This document shows positions 1-9,618 of a stretch of DNA of 64,000 nucleotides, piece by piece. The stretch's first letter is position 1. Every line of letters starts with the position of its first letter. The DNA is from Convolutriloba macropyga (lineage: Eukaryota): NCBI RefSeq assembly GCF_964194025.1, contig NC_134472.1:48422001-48486000 (forward strand). The letters run 5' to 3'. Under the pieces are notes generated by a model. It was given only the letters and a program-made list of their open reading frames with translations, made no database searches and was not told the origin of the DNA. Both the position numbers and the translations under genes were made by a program.

Positions 1-998
1 ACTAATCTTCCATATGGTGGTACCATAGGAGTGTCTACTTTGAATTGTATATTTCCTTGTACGTTTTCTAGTCTTTTTTGTAATGGTGGGTTTGATAAGT
101 AATTGAATGATATGTTATGCCGTGTTGGCCTATATTTTGTATTTTTAAGGACGTTAATTCTGGCGAGTTCGTTACGAACTTCGTCTGGGTCCAAGATTTT
201 CGTTCTTCGTGCATCTGATACGTAATAGCTCGGTCTGTTTGCTCTAATGTAATGAGTGTGTTGTGAACACCATTCTACTTTTTCTTTGATCGTTCCTGTA
301 ACAGCATATGCTTTAATCTCTACAGCTTGTGCTTTTGATAATAATTGAACTTCTGTTTTTGTCATTTCTAAGTCTAACGGTTTAAATTTACATGTGCTGA
401 TTTTGTTCAGTTCGTAGTATTTTACGTTTGTTATTTCTTCTGCGTCGCAGTCGTAATGTTCGATAAAAATGTCTTGAGGTCCTACTGCTGATCCATTAAT
501 GTTTTGTCCTTTCAATTCAACGTAATCTTCTTTTGTCTGTCGTTTGTTTCTTTTATTATTTAGTTGGAATTTTTCCAAAATACTGTCTGTTAATTGTTCT
601 CTGTAAAAATTCCAATTTCGTGTCCATTTATCTATGGCTATTTCCCACATTTGTTCGTAATCTGTACTATTCTTGAATTCTTTTAAGTCTGGTGATGTAT
701 ACTTTGATGGTAATTTGTATATTTCCGTTTCAAATTTTGTTTTGTTATTAAATACATGATCCATTAACTTGTTCAAGTTATCTTGGTCGGTTACATTTAT
801 GTTATTTGTTTTTGTTTTGTTTTTCTTTTTGAAACTTTCTATATGTTTTTCCATACGTTCTTGTATGTGTTCTTTAATTTGTTCTCTGATATTTTGTTTT
901 ATTTTATATTTTGATCTTATTTCTGTGTCTATTTTCATATAGATAAATAATGTTATTAGTAATAATATTAGTATTATGGATTTTAATTGAAGCGGCAT
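1..998 (-). CDS. env: Envelope-like fusion glycoprotein, N-terminal 332 aa (truncated by window edge)
   Basis: MPLQLKSIILILLLITLFIY hydrophobic leader; RNKR at aa 150-153; HYDCDAEEITNVKYYELNKISTCKFKP...VQLLSK...EWCSQH; N-x-S/T sequons; no stop before the edge. Confidence 0.85.
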   Translation of the reverse strand, partial: MPLQLKSIILILLLITLFIYMKIDTEIRSKYKIKQNIREQIKEHIQERMEKHIESFKKKNKTKTNNINVTDQDNLNKLMDHVFNNKTKFETEIYKLPSKYTSPDLKEFKNSTDYEQMWEIAIDKWTRNWNFYREQLTDSILEKFQLNNKRNKRQTKEDYVELKGQNINGSAVGPQDIFIEHYDCDAEEITNVKYYELNKISTCKFKPLDLEMTKTEVQLLSKAQAVEIKAYAVTGTIKEKVEWCSQHTHYIRANRPSYYVSDARRTKILDPDEVRNELARINVLKNTKYRPTRHNISFNYLSNPPLQKRLENVQGNIQFKVDTPMVPPYGRL

Positions 999-2479
999 GT
1001 GTATGATAGTCCTGTGTGGGGATTATAGAATGTTGCAAATCCTAAAGTTTGTTTTGTATATCTGTCAAACTTATAAACAAAGTCAATACAAATAAACGGT
1101 GCTGGTGTCGTTGTTGTCACTATAGATGGTGTTGTTGCATGAAATGGATGATTGAATATCGTATCGTATTTAATCGTTGTGTTAAATTTTAGTTCTAGAG
1201 ATGGTGTTGCTAGAACTTCAAGTGCTGAATTTCGTTGGCGATGTGTTAGGTTTAAGGTATTTGTAAGTCTACTTCTTGACCAATTTGTGAGAGTATCTCC
1301 AAGATTAGTTGGTCCGTATAATGGTGGAGGTGGATTCCAGGTTTTATAATCTAGTGTAAAAAGATATGTATGTTCATTAATTCTACTTAAAGTTGGTGGA
1401 TTTGGATTTAGTACTGGTGTTGATCTAGTTCTACCGGGGTGACTTGATGCTAATCTTAATTCGGGTATAAATGATGCTGGTGAGAGTATTGTACTTCGTG
1501 GTGGTTGTAGAGAGTTTGTTACTTCTACTCGTGGTGCGCTGACTGAGGTGTTCGAGGAGGAAGATTGTTGTGATCTATTTGGTGTAGTGTTCGTGCTTAT
1601 CGTATTTTGCGGTGAAGTTGCTGACCAAACTGAACTATGTGGTGAGTGTACTGGTTGTACACGAAAATTGTCTTGTACGAAATTGAAATCTTGTCTTTGT
1701 TGAAATGTAGGTGGTAAAAATGGGTTAGCTCGAAGTTCTGATGCTGTTGGTGTTGGAATAGTATTAACACTTGAATGATCGCTAGGTGAACTGATATTAA
1801 AATTATGTAGTGTTGGTGTTCGGGTTGGTGTTCCGGTTGGTGTTCCGGTTCGACTTGGTGGTTCTGATTGTTCTGCTCCTATAGGTCTTATTATGTTTGA
1901 TTCTATATCAGTTGATCCGTATGATACTAATGTAGATTCTTGTGTAGGAAATGATAGTGATGCTCTACGTCTGCCTCTTAGTAGATGTCGTGTATCTGTT
2001 CTTGCTCGTCTTACTGTATATGGGTTTTCGTTTTCGGGGTTTGTTTCTTCTATTTCTGGTGATGTGGGTATATTTGTTAAATCTGTTACTTCGTTGTGAT
2101 GTGGTCTTTCTGGGTGATTGTTACTATTGTTATTACTATTTGATGAAGCAATTTTTGTTGTTTTGAGATAATTTCAGGCTCCAGAACCTGGTCCGGGTGG
2201 TGGATGTTGTATGAACGGTGGGGCTAGTATAACTACTGGTATTAATTCTTGTTCTGGTTGGTATGTTTGAGCTCCTAGGTTTGTAATCCAAATTTCGTTA
2301 GTTGTTAGTCTAATATTTAGTTGATATATGACAATGTTACCATGTAATGGTGATGTGTTGGGGAATCCAATTTGGAGGTAGAACTTTTGTGTATGTACTG
2401 TATGATATATCGATTCTTCAATGTCTGGGTTGGGATCAATTTTTATGGGTTTACAAAATATTCTATTAGTCCTAAGCAC
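983..2479 (-). CDS. Accessory ORF 4: ~498-codon protein with a central S/T/P/R-rich disordered region and one in-frame TGA (2174-2176)
   Basis: The 101 aa track ORF continues in frame after its TGA for 396 stop-free codons to TAA at 983-985. Confidence 0.75.
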
Positions 2480-2622
2480 ATACGTACGAAGAAGTATATT
2501 ATAATTGCAATTTTTATAAATTTAAATATTTCTAATTCGACAATATCTATGTTTGTTTTACATATGTGGTAAATATCGGAGTGGGTTTCATGCATCGGGT
2601 TACTGTACTGGTGGGCTTGCAT
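2443..2622 (-). CDS. Accessory ORF 3: 59 aa small membrane protein
   Basis: MQAHQYSNPMHETHSDIYHICKTNIDIVELEIFKFIKIAIIIYFFVRMCLGLIEYFVNP*, just under the track cutoff. Overlaps both neighbouring ORFs. Confidence 0.45.
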   Translation of the reverse strand: MQAHQYSNPMHETHSDIYHICKTNIDIVELEIFKFIKIAIIIYFFVRMCLGLIEYFVNP

Positions 2623-2809
2623 ATACGACTCGGCGGTTGCTTATAACTTCGCTTATTGTTACAATAGTTAAATATGTCGATATTATTACAATGCAAGGTA
2701 CTAGGAGTATTGTTAGGAAGAATATTACTTTAGATAGTATAAAGTAGATTGTTATTAAGGATTCGTTGAAATCTATTTTTGAAACTGGTAAATAAAATGT
2801 GTAACTTTG
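2600..2809 (-). CDS. Accessory ORF 2: ATG-less 69-codon frame with a long hydrophobic segment
   Basis: Manual translation ...ESLITIYFILSKVIFFLTILLVPCIVIISTYLTIVTISEVISNRR...; acceptor-like TTTTATTTACCAG at 2785-2797. Confidence 0.35.
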   Translation of the reverse strand, partial: QSYTFYLPVSKIDFNESLITIYFILSKVIFFLTILLVPCIVIISTYLTIVTISEVISNRRVVYASPPVQ

Positions 2810-2993
2810 TTATTAATTATTTAAAGGTGAGGTGTAATGCTGCACTGAAGAGTGACAGTTATTTGCTCAATTGTAACTCTCACTTAACCGTGCCGCACTA
2901 CAGATATTATTATACAGTATTTATCTGTAGAATACTATTACAATTACTGGTATCATATCCTAAAGAATGTGTTACAAAATATTTGTTAGAGTT

Positions 2994-3485
2994 TTACTCT
3001 GTGGTTTTATCGTCAAGAGGTGTTGTATCGTCTATAAGTGTTATAGCGTCTTTTTTACATACAACTATAAAAACTGTTTTTAGTTTGTTAAGGTCAATAC
3101 ATTGATCTGTTTGGATCTGTTGTTTCAGTAAGCTATACTCTGTGATTGTTTCGTTACAAATGGTTATGTGTTTTAGTAATTCAAAATGTTTTTCTCCCCA
3201 AAATAGTTTTGCTTCTTGTCCGCTTTCTGTTTTTCCTTCAATTATAAATAAACAATCTTTATCGGAGAATTTACAAATTGTTGTTCTTATACTATCGTTA
3301 TCAAAATGAATGTGGTTTCCAAATGAGTAATCTAATTTTGCAAAGTTTTCTCTTTGGACTTGGATTTTTATACAAAACTGTTTTCTGTTCAAAGAGTGCA
3401 AAAACTCTGACACTTTTATCATTGGTGGTTTTTCATCACTGTGGTGACTGTAGTGATGGATTAATCTTTCGGAGAAGAAATTCAA
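2994..3485 (-). CDS. Accessory ORF 1 of retroelement, unknown function (163 aa; frame open from ~3560)
   Basis: Same strand as gag-pol, globular-looking composition, TTG start, preceded by a pyrimidine-rich tract on the minus strand. Confidence 0.6.
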   Translation of the reverse strand: MNFFSERLIHHYSHHSDEKPPMIKVSEFLHSLNRKQFCIKIQVQRENFAKLDYSFGNHIHFDNDSIRTTICKFSDKDCLFIIEGKTESGQEAKLFWGEKHFELLKHITICNETITEYSLLKQQIQTDQCIDLNKLKTVFIVVCKKDAITLIDDTTPLDDKTTE

Positions 3486-4546
3486 ATAGTTTAATGCGTT
3501 GTTAAAAGGATTCAGTTTACCTGGTGTTGTTGAATTGTTGAGTGAAAAGGATAAATGAAAGAGTTATGACAAATATGAGAAAAGTTATGAAAGAGGTTAT
3601 GAAGTGATACAAAATGAATTTCTTTTTGAGATAGAATATTTTTAGTCTTAAGACTAAATTTTGTATTTGTGGAGTTTAGAATTTTCATCTTAGCTTAGTT
3701 TTTTCGCAAATTTTTTCAGATTTTTGAACAAGTTTTAACGGTTGTGGTTTGTGCGAGGCAAAATCAGAATTGTGATTTTTACTTTCTTTTCGAAGGCTCT
3801 CTATAATGTTGGTGACATTTTTATATCTTCCGTTTTTCATTTTTTGGATTTTAAGTTGTCAGTTTCAATAATTACTGGGTCCAATTATGGTGTTAGTTTC
3901 CTCGTTTGATGAATTGGTTACTCTTCTGATTTTTACGATACTCTTGGTTCTCGAGATTTTGTTTTCCTTGTAATTTGTATATTGACATGTGTCTGATGGT
4001 TAGATGGTGTGCTTTCATCATGGTATGTTAATTCTTTCTTGGTGCCAACTATATGGTATCAATAAGCTTAGTTTGTTGTTTCTCTGCCAATTATGCTATT
4101 TCTTCTGTTTTGAAGTGTTCTCCCTATCATTAGGATGGTTAGTTAGTGATGGTTGGTGGCATTAGCGGGATGGTTAGTGGTGCCAGTTCTTACCAATTAG
4201 TTTGGTACTTTTTGGTCTAATTAGCTATATGGTATGTCTGTTGTATGCCTTTGATGGTGCAACTCTGCAGATGGTGCAACTCTGCAGATTTTAATTATTG
4301 CCATAAACGAAGTATTGACGTAGTTTAAATGTTTATTTCATCTACTAATGATCTTAGTAAGACCTGTCTTGTTTAATCACCATTGTGTTAGGTGAAAATG
4401 TTGATTGGTATGTTTTTGTTACTAATTGCGTCTGCATAGAGACTGTTTGTCTCTAACGTTCGTTGTTTAAGATATCTTTGTTGATGGTGTCAATTTGGTA
4501 TTTTCTTCCCTTTAATTGGTTTTAGTTTTAGTTTGGATTTTTAAAG

Positions 4547-4727
4547 ATAACGTCCGTTTCTTTACTAATGATGTCTGTGACATTTTAGTTGTTGGCGTTT
4601 GTTAGAATAATAATGTCCGTATTTTCACTAATGAGATATATAACGTCCGTATTTTCACTAATGAGATGGATAACGTCCACATTTTGCACTAATGAGGTGT
4701 ACTAATGAGGTGTATGACGTCCGTTTT
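4547..4727. repeat. ~30 bp degenerate tandem repeat (TAACGTCCGTATTTTCACTAATGAGAT)
   Basis: About five copies visible. A separate 17 bp tandem duplication GATGGTGCAACTCTGCA lies at about 4253-4288. Confidence 0.85.
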
Positions 4728-6009
4728 TAAATGACATATATTAGTGTGACGTATATTCCGGTTTTTGCAAAGTGTATTGCAAAATATGTTAAATGTTCAT
4801 TTCGCCGAATGTGTTGTAAGCCGAATGTTTTGTTACGTTGGCTAAGCTTATAAATGATAATTGGCGGTTTCATTGATCATGTTCATGGAACGTGTGAAAG
4901 ATCTGTATTGGATGTGAAGTGAAACATGTATTCTTGTGTTTTAGATGTTGTTGAATGTGCGATGAAGATATCCTATTGTGTTATGGAAGACGTATTTGCA
5001 ATGATGTATTCGGATCCCTATATTATCTCAATAGCACGTTATGCTAGTCATTACAGACTGTTATTCGTATTTGCTTTCGTCCACTTATTTGTTCTTAATT
5101 TCCGTCCTTCGTTTATACGGTCATTATGCCACGGTGTACATTAATTGTGTTTACATCGTTAGTTTAATTAGTTCTGTTTCCTTATTTTCATCGTTTTCCT
5201 ATGTAGTTAGTCATCACTGTTATTTGTAATATACTTTTCCCTTTCTGTAATCCTCAAATAGGATATGTGAGTAGAATTGTTAACAATTTCGAAGTATCTA
5301 TTCCATTTCGAGAGTGTTTACGTTATTATAACACTCTTGTATCTTTGATTATTTGATCTTTGTTACTACTGTTTGTTTATCGTAGATATCAACTATCTCA
5401 TAACGTCTATTCCAGTTCAAAGCTTTTGAACATTTAAAACATACTTTTTGTTACTTGAATTATTGTGTTACTTGCTTTCTTGTTTACATGAGAATTTACC
5501 CGTGTTAATCTTTAGACGGGGTTTCATGGGCTACTATCAATACCCATTTGTTTTAGTATATCCTGTATGGATATTATCATTTGTTATTTGTATATTTGTT
5601 TATTGTTTTGATGAAAATGTATGGAAGCGATGTGTGATGGGGATGTATGCTGTTGTCAGTTAGTACAGACTCTTCGGTTTTGGACATTGTCAGTACAGAA
5701 ATGTGTCGGTAAACATTAACTGTTACAACTTTTTATGTGTCTTTTCCCTTTTTTGTCTTTTATAAATGTTTATCCATGTTACTAAAAGGTGTTAGTGGTG
5801 TAAGTTAATAATTGTTATAACTCAATTAGTCTTTTCATTAGTTGAAATATAGTGGATACATTTGAGGTGATTTATTTAAGTTCTATGGGTGAGAGGTTAT
5901 GTAGATTGGAGCACCTTTTAGTAATGCTCTTTTTATATTTGTTCTGTTTATTATTTATAATTTTAGTGTAATTCTAATTTATATGTTTTGTTTTATCTTT
6001 TGATAGTGT

Positions 6010-6064
6010 GGGGGGGGGGGTTATGACACACAAGGTTCGGGTTAGGGGGTTTTGTGTGTGTCAT
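6010..6064 (-). other. Hairpin plus C11 tract in post-integrase spacer
   Basis: ATGACACACA (6023-6032) pairs with TGTGTGTCAT (6055-6064); G11 run at 6010-6020 on +. Confidence 0.6.
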
Positions 6065-6355
6065 GTATAAATACTGAACATACTATGTATATTGGTGAAA
6101 TACTGAACATAAACTAAAGATGGAACTAGTGAAATGAATAATTTATAGCAGTTTAACTGTTGTATCGCTGTCTGCAATGATATTACTGTGCCAGCTGAAT
6201 CATTAGTTGTAGAATAAGTATTTGTAGGCTAGTTTAGTCTATTGCACTAGTTATTTAGTATGGATTTACGGTACTATAGCATTATTAGTTGTATTATTAA
6301 TATTATTATTATTATTATTATTATTTATAGTAAAATTTTCTCGAGGGGATTGTTA

Positions 6356-7867
6356 CTAAGGTTTTGGAATTGTTATTTTCTTCTTTCGAAGATTGTAACT
6401 GTGAGATCGTGTGATCTCATCAGGTTGTATATAATTCTTGGATTTTTGTTGAGTATTGGGTTGTTTTAAGATTGGGATTTCATTTGTCAATAAGTAATTT
6501 TGTAATTCTAGTTTAATGTGTTTTTCTTTCGGAAAGTATGGTACAATATGATTTCTATGTATTGTAATGTGTTTATCAGTATTGTCCTTCAGTATGTATG
6601 TTGTTTCTGTGGGTTTATCAACAATTAAATATTGTCCTGTTTTTAGAGGTAATAGTTTCTTTGATACTCCGTCAATCTGTTGTTGATTTGTGATCAAGAC
6701 GAATGTGTTTTTATCAAGTGGTTTCGCTGTTCTGAACCTTGAATTTAATTCATCAGTTAACCTTTTTCTGTTTCGTAATATTTTTGTTATGGTTTGATAT
6801 GTGTCATTATAATGTTTTTCTTTGTCAAGAAACCATTTTGCAAACGTTCCGTTTTGTAGTTTTGCTATTTTTGGGTGACTGAATTGTTTATCTAAGTGAG
6901 TATGTGCGGGTTGTGTTTTGCATGCGCTTGTTCTTGTTGGGTTACAGTTTCCCATCTCGTCTGTAGTTGTTCCAAGTTTAATCTTTGTTGGTTTTCTTGG
7001 TTTTTGGTTGAAAACAACTTCATAAGGTGACATGCCTAATCTTGTCTGGTATTGCGTATTATATGCATACGGAAAGAATTTTGCTTTTCTAGACCAGTTT
7101 TGGTACTTTTCGTTGAGTAATGTTCTGATAAATTGTCCAATTATTTTATTAGTTCCTTCCACTAGTCCGTTTGTCCAGGGTGCATATGTTGTGCTTGGTT
7201 TAAATTTGATTTCAAAGTAATTACAAAGGTGTGTTAATTCTGTATTTATATATTCCGATCCGTTATCGGAACGAATTTCTTCGGGTAGTCCGAATTTCAT
7301 AAACCAATGTTCAAATAATGCTGTAACTGCGTAGTGTGCATTGTTCTGAGGCGCACACATTATTGTTACGTAATGTGAGAATGCGTCTACTATCACAAAG
7401 ATAAAATTATTTCCTTCAGATGTAGGATGTATTGGACCTTTTGTGTCTATCATAATCATTTCATTAAAGTATGTTTTTGTAGGTGCTAATTGTTCTTGCT
7501 TACTTTTTGTTTTTGTGTTAGCGAAAACTTTGTTTGTTTGACATTGTATGCAGTCTGCGATCAGTATCTTGATCCAAGTTGTTAAGTTTGGGAAGTAATA
7601 TTTTTCCATTATGTTTCTTTTTGTTTTTTCAAGTCCCGTGTGACCAACTGTATCTACGCAATGGTTTTCGTAAAAAACACATAATAGTAATGTTAGTGGT
7701 AAACAGATTCTTTCTTTTGTTTGTTTTTTTATTCGAATAATCATTTTCATTATGTTAGTTTTTTCGTCAATTGTAATTGATTTAAACTTTCTGTAATACG
7801 CGAATAGTACTTTATTTCCGCGTATGTCCATTGTTACTGAATGTGGTTTATTGTTATTTTTTTCCAC
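6356..7867 (-). CDS. pol: Integrase (HHCC + DDE), joined to RT-RH by an A-run frameshift near 7860
   Basis: H-x6-H...C-x2-C zinc finger; IDTKG, SDNG and GLVE catalytic residues; GQY-type C-terminal module. Confidence 0.95.
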   Translation of the reverse strand: MEKNNNKPHSVTMDIRGNKVLFAYYRKFKSITIDEKTNIMKMIIRIKKQTKERICLPLTLLLCVFYENHCVDTVGHTGLEKTKRNIMEKYYFPNLTTWIKILIADCIQCQTNKVFANTKTKSKQEQLAPTKTYFNEMIMIDTKGPIHPTSEGNNFIFVIVDAFSHYVTIMCAPQNNAHYAVTALFEHWFMKFGLPEEIRSDNGSEYINTELTHLCNYFEIKFKPSTTYAPWTNGLVEGTNKIIGQFIRTLLNEKYQNWSRKAKFFPYAYNTQYQTRLGMSPYEVVFNQKPRKPTKIKLGTTTDEMGNCNPTRTSACKTQPAHTHLDKQFSHPKIAKLQNGTFAKWFLDKEKHYNDTYQTITKILRNRKRLTDELNSRFRTAKPLDKNTFVLITNQQQIDGVSKKLLPLKTGQYLIVDKPTETTYILKDNTDKHITIHRNHIVPYFPKEKHIKLELQNYLLTNEIPILKQPNTQQKSKNYIQPDEITRSHSYNLRKKKITIPKP

Positions 7868-9618
7868 ATTTTGACTTTATGAAGTACTGGATCTATTATT
7901 TGTGTTTCTTTAATCAACTCTTCTGTTACTTTTGTTTTTTCATCATAGAAAATATTTGTTATTTTTGCATGGTCGAAATTTTGTTCTTGTTTTACATTGT
8001 TGATTAATCTAAGATAGTCATCGTCATGATGAGTTATGTATGGTCCTTTTTGGTTTTTCTCTATGATTAAGTCATCTTTTTCAACAATTGGTGATTGCCA
8101 GTTTTTTGTTTTTGGTTTATATTTCGGTACTAAATTTGTTTTTGTTTCGGTATTATATTTTTCATATGATATCGGATGGTATTCGTTTTTATCAATGTTA
8201 ATTTCAAAGTAGTTGTTGTGTATGTTGGCTAGAACTGGATAATGTGTTGTGTCTTTGTTATCGTTGTTTGTATTGTTGCAAATGCTGTATTTGCATTCTA
8301 GGTTATTTGCAAATGGTGTTTTTGCAAAGAAGAATTTTATGTTTTCAGGTATTTCCACTGTAATATCACGTGTTTTTGTAAAATGTTCTTCATCTATTGT
8401 TCTACTGAGTAGATCTGGTAAAGCTAGGTTTTTCCCTTCAGTCCATATAATATGTAAGTTAGGAAATTTCATTAGTATCAATTGAAATCTGTAAACTCTA
8501 TGGTTTGGTTTATTCTTTTGTGTGAAAAGGTAAATGATTGGCTTATGATCTGTAAATAAAATAATTGGGTGATTTGAACCTGTTAATAAAAATTCGTATT
8601 CTGTGAGTGCGAAAATAATCGCTGAACATTCTCTAATTAGTGTAGATAGTCTCATTTCAATCGGTGTGAAAAGTCTAGAATTTGCTGATATTAATCGCAT
8701 TTTCTTTTCAGTTGGATGTTGTTGCAGTAATGCTGCTCCAATGCCTGTGTTGGACGCATCTGTTATAATGTAAAATGGTTTTGTTGTATCTGGTATTGTT
8801 AATTCTAGGTTATGTGTTATTGTTTTTTTCATTTGTTCAAATATTTTTTGATGTTCTTTAGTCCATTTGAAATCATTTTCTTTGTGTAATAGATTGTATA
8901 ACGGTTGTAATATTGGTTGCATTCCATAGACGTATTTGGCTAAGAAATTTATTGTTCCGAGGTATCGTTGTAAAGCTTTCATACTTGTTGGAGGTTCCAA
9001 TTTTTGGAATCCATCAATTCGTGATGTAAGTGGTTTTACTTTTTTGTCTTCGATAATGTGACCTAAGAATTTTACTTTCTTTAACATGAAGTATGTTTTA
9101 TCGGGTGCTGCTTTGAGATTTTCTTTAAGCAGTACTTTATGATATTCGATTAGTGTTTCAAACATTTGGTCATAAGAATTTGTTTGTATAAAGATATCGT
9201 CTACGTAAGTGATAACTGTTCCTTTTCTGATCAAAGTGTAAAGGAAATGTGTTAGTATTGATGCAAATGCTGCTGGTCCGATTGATATTCCGTAGAATAA
9301 TCTTTTAAAACAATATTGTTCGTTTCCAATTGTGAAATGTGTATATCTCATCGATTCTTCGTCTAATGGTATTTGGTTATATGCACTATTAAGATCTGCT
9401 GTTGTGAATATTGTTCCGTTTATTCTTGTTAAAGCTACATCAACTGGTTCAATTGGCCAGTTGCACTTTGATTCATCTATCATGCTGTTCAAATATCTTG
9501 CGTCTAGTACAATTTTTAAAGATTCTCCTTTTCGCAGTATTATTACCGGGTTTGTGAATGTATTTCCTGTTGATAGTTGTTCTTTATTTACAGGTGCAAT
9601 TATGTCATATTTTTTGAG
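7834..9618 (-). CDS. pol: Reverse transcriptase + RNase H + extra C-terminal domain (frameshifted fragment)
   Basis: KIVLDARYLN, DLNSAYNQ, RLFYG, YVDD, KFLGH, TDAS, RECSA, TDHKP and PDLLSR motifs. Confidence 0.95.
   Translation of the reverse strand, partial: LKKYDIIAPVNKEQLSTGNTFTNPVIILRKGESLKIVLDARYLNSMIDESKCNWPIEPVDVALTRINGTIFTTADLNSAYNQIPLDEESMRYTHFTIGNEQYCFKRLFYGISIGPAAFASILTHFLYTLIRKGTVITYVDDIFIQTNSYDQMFETLIEYHKVLLKENLKAAPDKTYFMLKKVKFLGHIIEDKKVKPLTSRIDGFQKLEPPTSMKALQRYLGTINFLAKYVYGMQPILQPLYNLLHKENDFKWTKEHQKIFEQMKKTITHNLELTIPDTTKPFYIITDASNTGIGAALLQQHPTEKKMRLISANSRLFTPIEMRLSTLIRECSAIIFALTEYEFLLTGSNHPIILFTDHKPIIYLFTQKNKPNHRVYRFQLILMKFPNLHIIWTEGKNLALPDLLSRTIDEEHFTKTRDITVEIPENIKFFFAKTPFANNLECKYSICNNTNNDNKDTTHYPVLANIHNNYFEINIDKNEYHPISYEKYNTETKTNLVPKYKPKTKNWQSPIVEKDDLIIEKNQKGPYITHHDDDYLRLINNVKQEQNFDHAKITNIFYDEKTKVTEELIKETQIIDPVLHKVKMWKKITINHIQ

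Noticed and set aside
4547-4727. CRISPR-like array
   Set aside because: Head-to-tail repeats without unique spacers, no cas genes, eukaryotic context.
5270-5445. Repeated WNR..EIV peptide motif on the minus strand in the spacer
   Set aside because: Short, broken by stops and a frameshift; cannot support a gene.
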